Shown: one piece after another, positions 1 through 13,705 of the stretch
How positions within the stretch are numbered: position 1 is the stretch's first letter
How the letters are laid out: the number at the start of each line of letters is the position of its first letter
Source: Octopus vulgaris
Taxonomy: Eukaryota
Direction of reading: 5' to 3'
DNA length: 64,000 nt
NCBI GenBank assembly: GCA_951406725.2
Contig: OX597821.1
Span: 35,712,001 to 35,776,000 of the forward strand
The notes under the pieces: generated by a model
What the model was told of the DNA's origin: nothing
The model's database searches: none
What the model saw: only the letters and a program-made list of their open reading frames with translations
Made by a program: the position numbers and the translations under genes

Positions 1-525
1 ATAGGGAATTTTGTTACCAAATATCAGAATCTTTTAAATAAAAGAATTTATAAATAGCAATAGCAATGCTCATATATTGTGGACGCTGCAATGCTATCGC
101 GCGAAGAGATATACCCGTTCAATAACCTAACTCTTATTAGTCTTGTCACATCATCTTCAATAATGATGATTAATTAAATGAGTTCAACGTATTAAGCATA
201 GCCGTCAACAAAAATGAATTACACATTTGAAATGCCAGAAGAAGATCTTTTGTATCAAAATTGCCTTCTACGTTTTCATTAAAAAAACAAAAAGAAATTT
301 AGCAAACATCACATTGACTTATGTAACAATATATTTCTGCATGAACTAACAAGCGAAAGAGAGAGATAGAGAATTAGAGAGGGGAGAAGGAGAGAGGAGA
401 GAGAAGGGAGTGAAGAAAGGGTTCAGCTTCATAGCATCACCAGTTAGAGATATTTCCAATATCACCATGAAATCACATCTTATTGTATTATATAAGTGTT
501 TGTATATGCGAGAGAATGTATTTAG

Positions 526-760
526 GTATGTATGTATGTATGTATGTATGTATGTATGTATGTATGTATGTATGTATGTATGTATGTATGTATGCATGTA
601 TGTATGCATATATGTATGTGTGTATGTATGTATGTATGTATGTATGTATGTATGTATGTATGTATGTATGTATGTATGTATGTATGGATGGATGGATGGA
701 TGGATGGATGGATGGATGGATGGATGGATGGATAGATGTTTGTATGTATGCATATATGTG
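526..760. repeat. Compound (ATGT)n/(GGAT)n microsatellite
   Basis: Tetranucleotide arrays visible directly; source of the spurious ORFs at 346-887. Confidence 0.95.
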
Positions 761-929
761 TACGTGTAGGAATCAATACAACATAATCTTGGATAAAACA
801 ATAAATGATATTGTCATGTTTAGAAAGCCTTTAGCCATACGTTGTCTCGATCTCAAATGGCTTGGGTTTAAACAGCAAGAACACTGAAACCGGTGGAGTC
901 ACATGGGATGGAGAGTGGCTGAAGGGGTC

Positions 930-1420
930 AGGGGATCTGTGACAGCATCTCGAAAGAGTCCAGAAGCTGGCTACCCGCATGGTTCATGGTCTCAAAAATT
1001 TGTCCTATGAAGAAAGGCTGAGGACGCTCGACCTTTGTTCTCTTGAAAAACGCCGCCGCCGTGGTGATCTCATTCTCGCCCACAACATCATAAGCGGAAA
1101 GTGTAACCTCTCGAAAGAGCTGTTCTTCACTCCTGCTCCAGAGCGTCGGCTGCGGGGTCATTCCGAAAAGCTCTACCTGCGACGATTTCATCTCAATCGA
1201 AGGAGAGGAGATTTCTCCGTCCGGGTTGCGGATCCGTGGAACAAGCTGCCAGACGAGATGGTGAAGATGCCGACGACCGCTTTGTTCAAAGTCTCCCTTG
1301 ACCTCAAGTGGCCTGAACTCTTTACATGAACACCACCCTGTACTTAACTCCATGTCCCCCTACATGGCCTTGCTATTTGCTTTTGGGCCAAATTAACTAA
1401 CTAACTAACTAACTAACTAA
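930..1420 (+). mobile_element. 5'-truncated CR1-group LINE 3' end (ORF2 C-terminus, 3' UTR, (AACT)n tail)
   Basis: Translation LERVQKLATRMVHGLKNLSYEERLRTLDLCSLEKRRRRGDLI...RGHSEKL...FSVRVADPWNKLP matches the typical CR1 ORF2 C-terminus; ends in a tandem (aact)n tail at about 1395-1420. Confidence 0.9.
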
Positions 1421-2047
1421 AAGATTTCAGACAACAGACACTAAAATAAGAATAATAATATAGCTGAAGTGATGAACGAGTATATAGTGCGTGTGTTTAT
1501 TTGGCAAAAAATGACCATTCCGAGATAAAGCAATTACATTTTTTATAAAAGCAGAAAATTCTGCGTCAAATCACATTTTATTTCCTATCTTATTGGTTAT
1601 CGTGCTACTCTGATACGATACCCAGGCATTGTTATATTATGTACACCAAGACACAAGCACGCATCTACAAGCTAACGCACGCATGAACACACGATGACCA
1701 AACGCTCATAAAATTTTAATCAACGCTATGCTATCATAAAAAGTAACTGCGCAATGAGGGGCATTAGAAGTGGACACAAAGGAATATCTTCGCGAAGCGA
1801 TTTTGTTAATCACACAGTCACTCCTCTGTGCATTTCTAGTGACTTGGTGAGTTTTCGTTACATATTATCCTTGATAAATATTTAAGACCGTAATGTAAGG
1901 CGACACATGTACTGCACTTAATAGTACAGTAGAAAATTATGTCCCACTAATGGATATTTGGAATGGAATCGGTCTGAAACTAATGGGAGGTATTACGGCT
2001 ATGTATAGGTAACATTTGTATTTAGAGCGTAGGAACATTTTAAAATA

Positions 2048-2351
2048 CAGTGGAACTTCAGTTTACGGAATTAATTCATTCCTAAAAGCCGTTCATTACT
2101 CGAAATGCTCGTAATCCGAAACTATCTTTCTCATACAAAATTCAAGAACAGCCATGGTGAACTCGACCAGGTATGTGCACTGAGCAAAAGCTTCACAGCA
2201 ACTGATACTCCCAGCTTATCGTCAAACGTTGTTGGTTTGCGTGTGCCTTGCTTGAAACACGGTTCATCACCTGAGACGATTTATGTTCGAAATATTCTTC
2301 GTAAACCGATTTGTTCATGAAAAGAAGCGTTCTTAGACCGAGGTTCCACTG
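2048..2351. mobile_element. MITE, Tc1/mariner (pogo/Tigger-like)
   Basis: TIRs CAGTGGAACTTCAGTTTA ... TAGACCGAGGTTCCACTG, flanked by TA on both sides (2046-47, 2352-53). Confidence 0.85.
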
Positions 2352-2780
2352 TATATATAATCAGAATAGGAGTATGTGCTGTCTCAAGTAACATGATCCT
2401 TCCTTTTTGGATACTAAAATACATCAATAACTTTATTGGAAACGAGTAACCATGTCATGACTTAGGAACCATGAATACCTCTGTCTAGCGCGTAGAAGAT
2501 AACTCATATATGATTGAATTTCAGAAGTTACAGATATATATTCTCCATCATGATACTTGAGAATAGTGGTGGTTATGGTGATTGAGGTCGATGGTGTCGC
2601 GATAGTGAAGATGGTTATAACTATGGTGAATGCAGTGGTTATGATGGTGGTGTGATGATGACAGAGATAGTGGTATTGTTGGCAGTAGTAGTGATGATAG
2701 AGTTGCGTTTATTGATAAATAATGGTAGTGAAAATTGATTTAAATAATGTTTTTTCTAAATTCTTACAATTCTAGATATG

Positions 2781-3226
2781 AATTCGTGTGATTCAGAAAG
2801 GCATTACTTTACTACATTATCTTCAAACGCTACTCTGATTTTAGAATTATTCAATAGGCGTCCTAAAGCAAAAATCAGAAACTAGATAAAATAAAACGGA
2901 ACTTGTTATAAAATTATCTACTCTTTCTTTGGCAAGGCGAATGATTACGCTTCCTTCGATTCTACATAATTCACTTACTGGACAGATTTAACTTTGATTA
3001 CTTTGAATTTGTGTGACCTTCAGAAAGGTACTACTTTCCTACAGTATCTTCTGCTTTTAGAATTCTACACTAGGCATCCTAAAACAAGAATCAGAATCTT
3101 GATAAGATAAAACAGGACTTGTTTAAAAAATTATCTACTCTATATATGGCAAGACGAATAATTTCGCTTCCTTCTTTCGATTCTGCATAATTTTATTTGT
3201 GGTCAGGTTGACCTTTGATTACTTTC
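2781..3226. repeat. Diverged tandem duplication, about 225-bp unit x2
   Basis: 2781-3004 and 3005-3226 align along their length (gaatt.gtgtga...cagaaagg...aattatctactct...ctttgattacttt). Confidence 0.85.
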
Positions 3227-3898
3227 TAATAAAATACAAATAAAAAAAAAAGAATATATTCAGGCAAAGACATATCAACAACCTTTTTTGTTTAAATTTC
3301 CAGACAGTATATATTTTGGTACGTTATCAGTTACTGATTAAATTTGAAAACGGAGATTTGTTAATATTTTTGCTCTTAGCGATTATGTAAGCGAGCAGTA
3401 AAACAAAATAAAACATACAAAGACACATAGACACATACATTCAGAAACACACAGACTTGCACAAACACACAAACGTAACTCATGAATTGAAAGAAAACCA
3501 TCATCTTTTCATCATCATTATACCATCTGGCTTTCAATGTATACAACAATAATCGATCGATCACAAGTTATTCTCTCTCTCTCTCTTTCTCATACAAATA
3601 CTCAAACACACACACACACACATACACACGCGCGCAAGCATTGTTTTAATATTTGAATGAATATATTTTATACTCGCTACAGGCGAACAGACTGATATAC
3701 TGCTATGCCTAGTATACATAGCATTTTTTATAAGTACTTCTGCGCAGCTTGGAATCTTTACTGGACGAACATAAGTAGACACACGTGATATAACCCCAAG
3801 AACCAGTCTAAACTAGTTCAACACTTCTCGTGCTCGTTTAGTTCTTTAACCACAGGCTATATTAAACAGATCATCTTATTCATAATTTATGCTTACAT

Positions 3899-4009
3899 AT
3901 ATTTGTTTCAGCAGTATATATATATATTAAAATTGGTATGATATAGAGAAGACTAGCATGACCCCAGCGCAATGATGACACGCAAATTCGTGAAGCGTTC
4001 AATATTTTT
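3899..4009 (+). pseudogene. U6: U6 snRNA full-length copy, probably a pseudogene
   Basis: taaaattggtatgatatagagaagactagcatgaccccagcgcaatgatgacacgcaaattcgtgaagcgttcaatattttt matches U6; ACAGAGA box is mutated to ATAGAGA and there is a TA expansion in the 5' part. Confidence 0.9.
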
Positions 4010-4175
4010 AGGCGCAAACGTGGGTGTGTTGTAAGAAGCTTGCTTCTCAAGCACATGGTTCTATATTCAGCCCCACTGCTTGTTACTTTGGGCAAGTGTC
4101 TTCTACTATAGCCTCGGGCCGACCAAAGCCTTGTGGAGAGATTTGGTAGACGGAAACTGAAAGAAGCCCGCCCTA
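4010..4175 (+). mobile_element. tRNA-type SINE family A, 5' half
   Basis: Homologous to the heads of copies at 5511, 25511 and 47129 (aggcgca...gtaag...ttgggcaagtgtcttctactatagcctcgggccgacc...ggaaactgaaagaagccc). Confidence 0.85.
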
Positions 4176-4189
4176 TATATATGTGTGTA

Positions 4190-4228
<39 letters not shown>

Positions 4229-4248
4229 ATGTATATATATATATATAC

Positions 4249-4280
<32 letters not shown>

Positions 4281-4284
<4 letters not shown>

Positions 4285-4508
4285 AAACAAGTCAAAATAG
4301 AAAATGCTAAAATAATTTTATAAAGAACATTTCAGTACCGGTTTCGGTCATTTTGAGACCTTTTCAACTGTAACGATTAAATAATTAAATTTAGAAAAAT
4401 TAAAAGAAAAGTTTTTTTAAAGGAATATTTGTATAGTGTTCAAATATAAGTGGCATTCTGCCTTTCTCTGTCTCCTTGTTTGCACTTTTGTGTTCGAGGC
4501 CGTTGTGA
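4281..4508 (-). mobile_element. Short (TA)n-flanked repeat with hammerhead-like motif (Penelope pLTR/retrozyme-like)
   Basis: Second copy at 41869-42104; minus strand 4333-4370 reads CAG-UUGAAAA-GGUC(UCAAAAU)GACC-GAAA-CCGGUA-CUG. Confidence 0.65.
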
Positions 4509-5510
4509 ATATATATATATATATATATATACATGTTTGTGCGTGCGTTTGTGGGTATGTGTGCCTTGAATTCGGTTATTTTTTCGAACACGAATCCACT
4601 CCTCTACTAAGTTTAGTTTTATGCAAGATATAATAAACAACCTGTTGAGAAGAACAAGCGTGTATGGGTGAGAACATCTGCACACGTTATTCCACATTTC
4701 AGAAACTATTTGCACAATTAACATTAATGCTAGTGATTCACAAGAGATAATTTCCACAACGCACCTTTCTAAATATTTTCATTACTCCCTGCCCAAACTG
4801 CTCAAACTAGTAAACATTCATTTTTGCTGAATGGACTATTTTGAGAAAGCTACACTTAATGATGCAAGCTAATCTGAGTAAAACGTCATTTGCTACCATT
4901 TTCTCGTGTAACAAAGAAATAATTTCCCCTTAAGCATGAAAGTCAAATTTTATGCAAATTAAATTCTGAAATTCAACAGAACGTCGACAGTTTTCTCCAA
5001 GAGTTGCTAACATTTGCTGCTAGGTATTTCTTTTCTCTCTCCATCCAAGAGAGATCTTGTGTACGTCATTCTATACATCTTATTTTACCTGAAATATCTG
5101 AATTCATGTCCTTTACTTAATAAGTGAAAATAGGTCTCAGAAGATTTCTTAGAGTTTATACTTATTTGTATTTAGAGAGAGAGAGAGAGAATTGGGATCT
5201 TTTCGGTTTGAACGGCAGTTTTTTTACATAATTTCTACGTAACTAAAAAATTTTAAACTTCGTATACTAGTAGAAGAAAAGACATCACAATATAATCAAC
5301 TAGCATTAAACAGCAAAATGAACTCGAGAAGGAAGAAGGAAGTCAGAAAGGTTGAAAGGCACTGTTGACGTCGGTGGAATTCAAACTTAAATTATAAAAA
5401 GTTTGAAGAAATGCCGCTGAGCAATTTGTTCGACGCGTTTACGATTCTATCTCCTCACCAATCTTCGGGAGACAGATAAGAAAATAAAATAAAAGACGTG
5501 TTAACATATA

Positions 5511-5673
5511 GGCGCAGGTGTGGCTGTGTGGTAAGTAGCTTGCTAACCAGCCACATGGTTCCGGGTTCAGTCCCACTGCGTGGCATCTTGGGCAAGTGTC
5601 TTCTGCTATAGCCCCGGGCCGACTAATGCCTTGTGAGTGGATTTGGTAGACGGAAACTGAATGAAGCCTGTCG

Positions 5674-5733
<60 letters not shown>

Positions 5734-5940
5734 TATGTCTGTGTTTGTCCCCCTAGCATTGCTTGACAACCGATGCTGGTGTGTTTGCGTCCCCGTCACT
5801 AAGCGGTTCGGCAAAAGAGACCGATAGAATACGTACTGAGCTTACAAAGAATAAGTCTTGGGGTCGATTTGCTCGACTAAAGGCGGTGCTCCAGCATGGC
5901 CGCAGTCAAATGACTGAAACAAGTAAAAGAGTAAAGAGTA
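5511..5940 (+). mobile_element. SINE family A, full length with internal (TA)n(TG)n
   Basis: Pol III A/B-box-like head (tggctgtgtggtaag...ggttcagtccc), internal microsatellite, aagtaaaagagtaaagagta tail; multiple copies in the window. Confidence 0.9.
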
Positions 5941-6699
5941 TATGTACGAGTTTGAAAATTTGACTTCCATTATGTTTATGAGAAATTCTTTTAAAATGTC
6001 ATACAAAAAAATGTCAGAGCACGTAATTTTCAGTTTGTGGTTTTATCAAATATAACACTGTTCCACATGCATATGCTCATACATATATACACATACACGT
6101 GTACGTGTGCTCGCAGAGCGTGTTTGTATGTTTATGTGTATGAGTTTTGATGTGCGTAGGGAGCATACAACTAATCGCGTGAGTATTGATCTACTTTTAG
6201 TTCAATTAAAATAAGATAACGAAAATATTATACGAAATTTTTGATATCCGAATGTAGGTTAGTTTGTCACTCAAGTGCGTATGGAAGCCGAATTTCTGTA
6301 TATTTATACGTGTCTAAGTGTACATATACAAAAAAAAGCGATCATTCTCAAAACGCAAATAAGATATATTTTGAACATCGGCTTTCTTAAAAGTAAAATT
6401 TAAATTACTACATTATTGCAGTATTAGTATAAAAGTAGAAGATAGCATATAAAGCATGCACACACAAACACACACAAACACACACAAACGCACACACGGC
6501 ACTTACGCAAACACACGAACACAGATTCACACACACATAAACACAGCCTTTGTCTTGTCCTGATCATTATGCCTTGTATGTTATGTTTGCATTGTACATA
6601 GTTCTGATTACGATATCATGCCTCGTGTTTTATATAACAGCGTGATGATATCTTCAAACATTTATTTATGCTGCTGTTGACATTATCTATATGATTCTT

Positions 6700-7600
6700 A
6701 CAGGTCTGGCACTGGCTTTCACATCTACCTTACTTGATTGCACTCATCTCCCTCTTTACGAATCAGGAATTTCATGATGTTTCTTTTTCCTGTACAAAAA
6801 AATTTATACTTCATAAGAGTTACTGTATGGGTATTTTGTCCAAGGCAGTCGTCTTTGACCATCTATATTGGTAACTGTTTGTAGTTTTCTGGCAATGGCC
6901 GTAATGATGTTCACATGATATGCTTACGTCGATTCATCTGATGAAATTTTGCAAATTTCCGAGTGTGTGTTGGTATTCCTCCGTCAAGGAGTTCTTACCA
7001 AGAAGTGTCTTTCCATGTCTCATCATGCTAAAACTCACATATGTGTGACTTAGTCCGTGGATGCACTTTGACACTTAGAGGCTAGTAAGCGCCGTCGAAG
7101 TTACATGACGCAATATCCAGAGGATTTTCAACTGAAGTTAAACACCTGCCAGTTTGTCCTCGTTTTATATAACTGTTGAAAGAACTTCTTGTTAGAGCTA
7201 AAGATCATTCCGCCGAATCTTATCTTGTGTCCATGGAGAAACCAAAATGTTGTTGAGTCGTCCACCCCATCCATATGCATATTCAACCTTGTTTTAAAGA
7301 ACAAGTATTCTTCTTGTAAATAATTATAATATTCTACTTCTATAAATTCAGTTTGTTTCTTTCCATAGCACATATTGTTTGAACTTGTGTTTACTTGTGA
7401 TGGGCATCAACAAAATTACACAAATATCTCGCAACTTTCCATTGTAGAATCGTAGCATTCATGTGCAAATTGAGAGGGTACAAACATTTATCAACATGAT
7501 TTCGCTTCTTTGCGCATGTAATGTTATATAATCTTCAAGAAAATATCACCCAGAGGAGAAAGTTTTTTTTATTGATATTTGAGATACATACAACTTGTGC
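6700..7600 (-). mobile_element. Possible highly decayed piggyBac-like transposase remnant
   Basis: Minus-strand NMHMDGVD resembles the piggyBac YN..MGGVD motif; Cys cluster RCESQCQTCKE near 6700-6735; many frameshifts. Confidence 0.3.
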
Positions 7601-8063
7601 ATATGATGAAAGGCAACGTTAAAATTCTTATAAAGAAAATTTGCTTGAACTTAGAATTATTTGGTGCTGTATATTTAATATATATGAAATTCCAAATCCA
7701 AAGAATAGAATGACATAAACTATATATAATATTATAATAGATCTGAAGATAGTGTTTAATGGCGAGTGGTAAAGGAAGTCTCATAAATGTTCTGGACATT
7801 GGCTTTTTAAAAAAGAGAAAACTTAAATTAAGAAATGTAGAAAGAGAACTGAATATAATAAAGATGGAAATGAAATGGGTGGCGATGAGGAGACAAGGAA
7901 GTACATAATAAAATCATTAAAGCAGTTCTCTGCATTCGGTCCTTTCTTGATATAAATATTATAAATATAGCAAGTAAATGGTGCTATCAGACACTACATA
8001 CATTCATACATTCATGCATACTTACGTATATACTGTGTACCTGTGTAAGTGTGTGTATGTATG

Positions 8064-8143
<80 letters not shown>

Positions 8144-8308
8144 CATGTATGTATGTATGTATGTATGTATGTATGTATGTATGTATGTATGTATGTATGT
8201 ATGTATGTCAATTCCCTTTCGAGTGCTACTGGTAACATGTAACCCAGTACTACTTGTTGCATGATCGGGTCGTCGGCGACTAAACCGGCATCCCCACCAA
8301 GGTTGGTG

Positions 8309-8408
8309 NNNNNNNNNNNNNNNNNNNNNNNNNNNNNNNNNNNNNNNNNNNNNNNNNNNNNNNNNNNNNNNNNNNNNNNNNNNNNNNNNNNNNNNNNNNN
8401 NNNNNNNN
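8309..8408. other. Assembly gap (100 N)
   Basis: Run of N. Confidence 1.
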
Positions 8409-8700
8409 TATATAATATTATAATAGATAAGATAGTGTTTAATGGCGAGTGGTAAATGGAAGTCTCATAAATGTTCTGGACATGATTTTTTAAAAAAGAA
8501 AATTACATATATATTCATACATAAAGAGAACTGAATAAACTTAAATATGAAGAATATAATATAAGAAAATATATAAAAGTGGTGTGTGTTCTGTGGAAGT
8601 AGATAATGAATGTTATATATACATTAAAACATACTGCGTATTGAAGACACTTAATTAAGGGTTGGAGTATGTATGATATATATATATAATGTAAGTATTA

Positions 8701-8767
<67 letters not shown>

Positions 8768-9866
8768 CATATATGTAGCTATGTAATTTGTGTATGTATG
8801 ATATAAATCAGGTCACTTTCGAGTGCTCACTGGTAACATGTACCAGTACTATGTTGCATGGTCGGGTCGTCGGCGATAATTACCCCATTATATTGTTGGT
8901 GAGGAGGGTGTTTATTGGTCACTTAGAATAAAAATACAAACCTAAACTTGAGAGTCAACGACCATCCAATAAATGTCAAAGCTGTATCATGCGCGGGGAC
9001 ATATAAAATAATCGGATTGAATACCCGATCGCGCAGTTAAACCATTGGGAGATCTGCCAATCTAAGGCTAATAGTAAACCTAGATATATACGCACATATT
9101 AGAAATATTGATTATGATAATAACAACAACAACAACAACAACAAAAAATATCTTCTTGAACAGGCATTGCACGATAACAACATTGATTAATATTGTAGCA
9201 ATGACCATACTGATAACGAGGGGGAACCCCAGAGTGTATGCATATAAAGATATAGGCGCAGACATGGCTAATAAGAAGGCGGCCGAGGACTGATTAAAGT
9301 CATCCTTTCGGGGATAAATTAAGTACCAGTTACGCACTGGGGTCGATGTACACTCTTTGTCTGTCCTTGTTTGTCCCCTCTTGTAATAAAAGAATATCTC
9401 AACGACACATATGAAGTACACAGAGCTGTACTGCGTAGTGAAGTGACATCATGATATAAAAATAACTACTGACTTGGGAAGACATAATGTGTGCAAAGGA
9501 CCATTTGGATGAGGGTGGTCTGTCTAAGACAAATACATCTTTATGGATATCAGAAGAACTAGATCTGAATGTCATACAGACGAGGATCAATACCGTAATA
9601 AGTGGTTAAAATGTCGAAATCGGTAACTTTTTCGTATATTGTTTCAGTGTCACTAGCACTGTTTTCACGAATAAAATGAATATAAGCAATAATAATAATA
9701 ATTGCAGAATCCTATGAAAGCTTCAGAAAGACTTGTCAAAGCATCCATGTTGTTCTAACAAATATAGATTTCAAGCAGATAATGGGAAATGAGAAACTCT
9801 AGGTTAATTTATATGCACACATGTGAGTTTTGTGTGTGTGTGAGTGTGTTTGTGTGTGTCAGTGCT

Positions 9867-9922
<56 letters not shown>

Positions 9923-9925
9923 CGG

Positions 9926-9956
<31 letters not shown>

Positions 9957-11151
9957 CATGTGTGGACATCAGTAGCCATTGCATTCACGATCATATTATT
10001 CCTTGCTTAATTTGAATCTCAAACGAATCGAAGGTTGTAGGTACAAACATATCAGTGTATTGCTTCAGTAGGCCCAGAACAGGTTGTGTAAGTAGCTTGC
10101 TTCCCAACCACATGGTTTCATACAGTACATTCATCTACAAGTGTTTACAGGCTTTAAGCATAGTTGAATCCATATGTTAGACAAGGAAAGAACAGAATTA
10201 TTATATATGTATATTAAATATTGTGTGTGTGCAAGATTTCTTATGAAGTGTCAAAAGGTTGAACATATTGTATATTTCTGGTGTGTTTTATGTACTAGTA
10301 CAAAAATGTGTTTGCATGACGGTAAGACTGTGTGAATGAAAACAAAGGACCCTGATGCTCATAGAGTGCGGACAGGACTCTGGCCGATTCAGATTAACGT
10401 CAAATAACTGTAAAGTAGTCACCAAATATATTGATTAGTTGCGTTTATTTAGGAAATAAAATAATGTATGCTTGAGGAATGTTTAGTGTGCAGTGTGCAT
10501 TGTTTCATTGGTTAAAAGGTATACACTTATGTCTCAATGTGAGTATGTCTGTGCGCGTGTATGTGCGTGTGTGTGTGTATGTATGTTGGTGAGACATCTC
10601 ATACATGCTGTTTTCTTGCTTTGATTAGTATACGTATATGTCCAGTGTATAGCACAGTTTCGACGTATTTCTAAGATGGTATAACTGGTGGTCTCATTGA
10701 AAAGCAAGAATGGTTGTAGAGAAAAGGTGGATTTCAGGAATAGTCATTCATGACCGATAGAACAGGTGGGGCTTTTTCACAGCAAATGCTAATGATCTTC
10801 AACAAGTAAACGATAAAGAGAAAGTAATATAACGATTTCAATATGTACTACACACACACACACACACATAGCCTTGTCTTGTATCTGATCATTATACTTG
10901 TATGTTATGTTTGAGTCCATTAGTTCTGATTACGATATCATGCCTGCGATGTGTGTATATTACAGCGTGATGATATTTTCAAACATTTATTTATGATGCT
11001 GTTGACATTATCTATATTGAAAATCTTCCTTATTTTTTTTTACTATGCTGATATATACTTTAGTTTAAAACATTCCTTTCACCATTTCAGATAAATTTTT
11101 TTTGAGAATTAATCAAAAAATACGGACATCAAATAAGGAGAAATCAGCGCA

Positions 11152-11467
11152 ATGGAGAAAGACGCTGGTACTGTGTCAGTAGATGTACAGAACCAATCAG
11201 CGGCGACGTACGAATCCCTGGTTACGCCATCGGCAGCAAGTGTATCTGAAAAATCTTGGAAGCACCCGATCTGTGTATTTAATCCTATCTCACTTGTACC
11301 GAAAGACATGATTTATTTTGCAAAAGAAATAATGATATAAAGACCATTTTTCCCTGCCCTTTCGTCGACGGGAACTTGTCGTCCTCTGTTCAGGATGTCT
11401 ACTCATGTGTATTGCACTCACGCTGATAATCACCGGAGCCATTCGAGTGCACGGCTGTAGTTGTCCG
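11152..11467 (+). CDS. Type II membrane F-type lectin gene, coding exon 1 (cytoplasmic tail + TM); contains a frameshift
   Basis: Acceptor tttcag at 11090 upstream; ATG 11152 MEKDAGTVSVDVQNQSAATYESLVTP...; after a frame change at about 11280-11350 it reads LPFRRRELVVLCSGCLLMCIALTLIITGAIRVHGCSCP; phase-0 donor ccg|gtagat. Confidence 0.65.
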
Positions 11468-11747
11468 GTAGATCTGTAACTCATTCATATTAATCAGGAG
11501 GCTATTGTGTTCTTTACAGGCTGATGTGAGAATTAAGCGTTTGATATGAACATGGTAGCATCGGTGGAAATGACATGAAACTTTGTTTCGCCATTTGCTA
11601 AGCCCTGTCAGTGTGTACTAATATTTTAGTAAATTTCCGTTACATATTTAGTTCATTTTGCAATTGTTTAATGCTAGTTGATTATATTGTGATGTGTCTT
11701 TTCTTTCATTGCTTGTTACTAAATATTATTTCCCGAGTTGCTGATAG

Positions 11748-11766
11748 TACTACCACCACCACCACG

Positions 11767-11845
<79 letters not shown>

Positions 11846-11857
11846 AGATACTACTAC

Positions 11858-11906
<49 letters not shown>

Positions 11907-11940
11907 GCTACTACTACTACTACTGCTACTACTACTACTG
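11748..11940. repeat. (CCA)n/(CTA)n microsatellite
   Basis: Direct observation. Confidence 0.95.
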
Positions 11941-12070
11941 TAAAAATGATATTGTATATATATATATATGTATGAATTGGATGTGTGTGTTTGTCGGTGT
12001 GTATGTGTCGGTGTGCATTGCTGCGTATCGGTGTGTATAGGTGTATGTGTGTGAGTGTATGTGTGTGTGA

Positions 12071-12115
<45 letters not shown>

Positions 12116-12285
12116 TGTGTGTGTGTGTGTATGCGTGTGTGTGCGTATGTCTATGTATATTTCCAAAGAGCAGAAGGGCAATCTCAGTTAATAACTAGTT
12201 TCGATATAGATGTGATTTAAGATGCAGATCCCATATATTCCCTCGAATATCAAGGACACACGCACGCACACACACACACCACCAC

Positions 12286-12317
<32 letters not shown>

Positions 12318-12399
12318 TGCACGCCAACATACACACACACACACACACACACATATATTACAGAAAGAAATTCCAACTTTGATTTTCGCGTTTTATTTA

Positions 12400-13372
12400 C
12401 AATATAATATAATATAATATAATATAATATGATATAATATAATATAATATAATATAATATGATATAATATAATATAATATAATATAATATAATATAATAT
12501 GATATAATATAATATAATATAATATAATACAACATAATATAATATAATATGATATAATATAATATAATATAATATGATATAATATAATATAATATAATAT
12601 AATATGATATAATATAATATATATAATATATATAATATAATATAATATAATATAATATATATATATAATTGATGCAGATAATATGATATATAATATCAAT
12701 ATATAATATAATATAATATAATACAATATCAACATAATATAATATAATATAATATAATATAATATGATATAATATAATATAATATGAAATATATCATATG
12801 ATTATATAATATATAATATAATATAATATGATATAATATATCATATATATATAATATGATATAATATAATATAATATAATATAATATAATATAATATGAT
12901 ATAATATAATATAATATAATATAATACAATATATATAATATAATATGATAATATAATATAATATAATATAATATAATATAATATAATTCAATGAACTCAG
13001 TGAAGGCATATGGCTCATGATATATTATATAATATAATATAATATAACATAATATAATATAATATGATATAATATAATATAATATAATATAATATGATAT
13101 AATATAATATAATATAATATAATATAATATAATATAATATAACATAATATAATATAATATAATATAATATAATATGATATAATATAATATAATATAATAT
13201 AATATAATATGATATAATATAATATAATATAATATAATATAATATGATATAATATAATATGATATAATATGATATAATATAATATAATATAATATAATAT
13301 AATATAATATAATATAATATAATATAATATAATATAATATAATATAATATAATATAATATAATATAATATAA
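12400..13372. repeat. About 1-kb (AATAT)n pentanucleotide array
   Basis: Direct observation; contains a 33-bp copy of the downstream junction at 12986-13018. Confidence 0.95.
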
Positions 13373-13388
13373 TTCAATGAACTCAGTG

Positions 13389-13703
13389 AAGGCACATGGC
13401 TCAGTGGTTAGAGCGTCGAGCTTACGATCGTGAGGTTGTGCGTTCGATTCTCGGACCGGGCTGCGTGTTGTGTTCTTGAACAAGACACTTTATTTCACGT
13501 TGCTTCAGTTCACTCAGCTGTAGAAAGAGTTGCGTTGTCACAGGTGCCAAGCTGTATCGGTCTTTGCCTTTCCCTTGGATAACATCAGTGGCATAGAGAG
13601 GGGGAGGCTGGTATGCATGGGCGACTGCTGGTCTTCCATAAAAAACCTTGCCAGGACTTTGCCTCGGAGGGTAACTTTCTAGGTGCAATCCCATGGTCAT
13701 TCA
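13389..13703 (+). mobile_element. tRNA-derived SINE family C
   Basis: Head ggctcagtggttagagcg...ttcgattc; TSD taattcaatgaact at about 13370-13383 and 13706-13719; reverse copy at 21050-21330. Confidence 0.85.
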
Positions 13704-13705
13704 TC

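Noticed and set aside
346-887. ORFs of YIHT/MYVC repeats, and similar ORFs throughout the window
   Set aside because: Translations of microsatellites with no stop in some frames; no coding signal.
3899-4009. Functional U6 gene
   Set aside because: ACAGAGA box and other conserved positions are mutated, TA expansion in the 5' region, no convincing TATA at about -30.
13389-13460. tRNA gene
   Set aside because: tRNA-like head continues into a SINE body with TSD and other copies; no complete acceptor stem.
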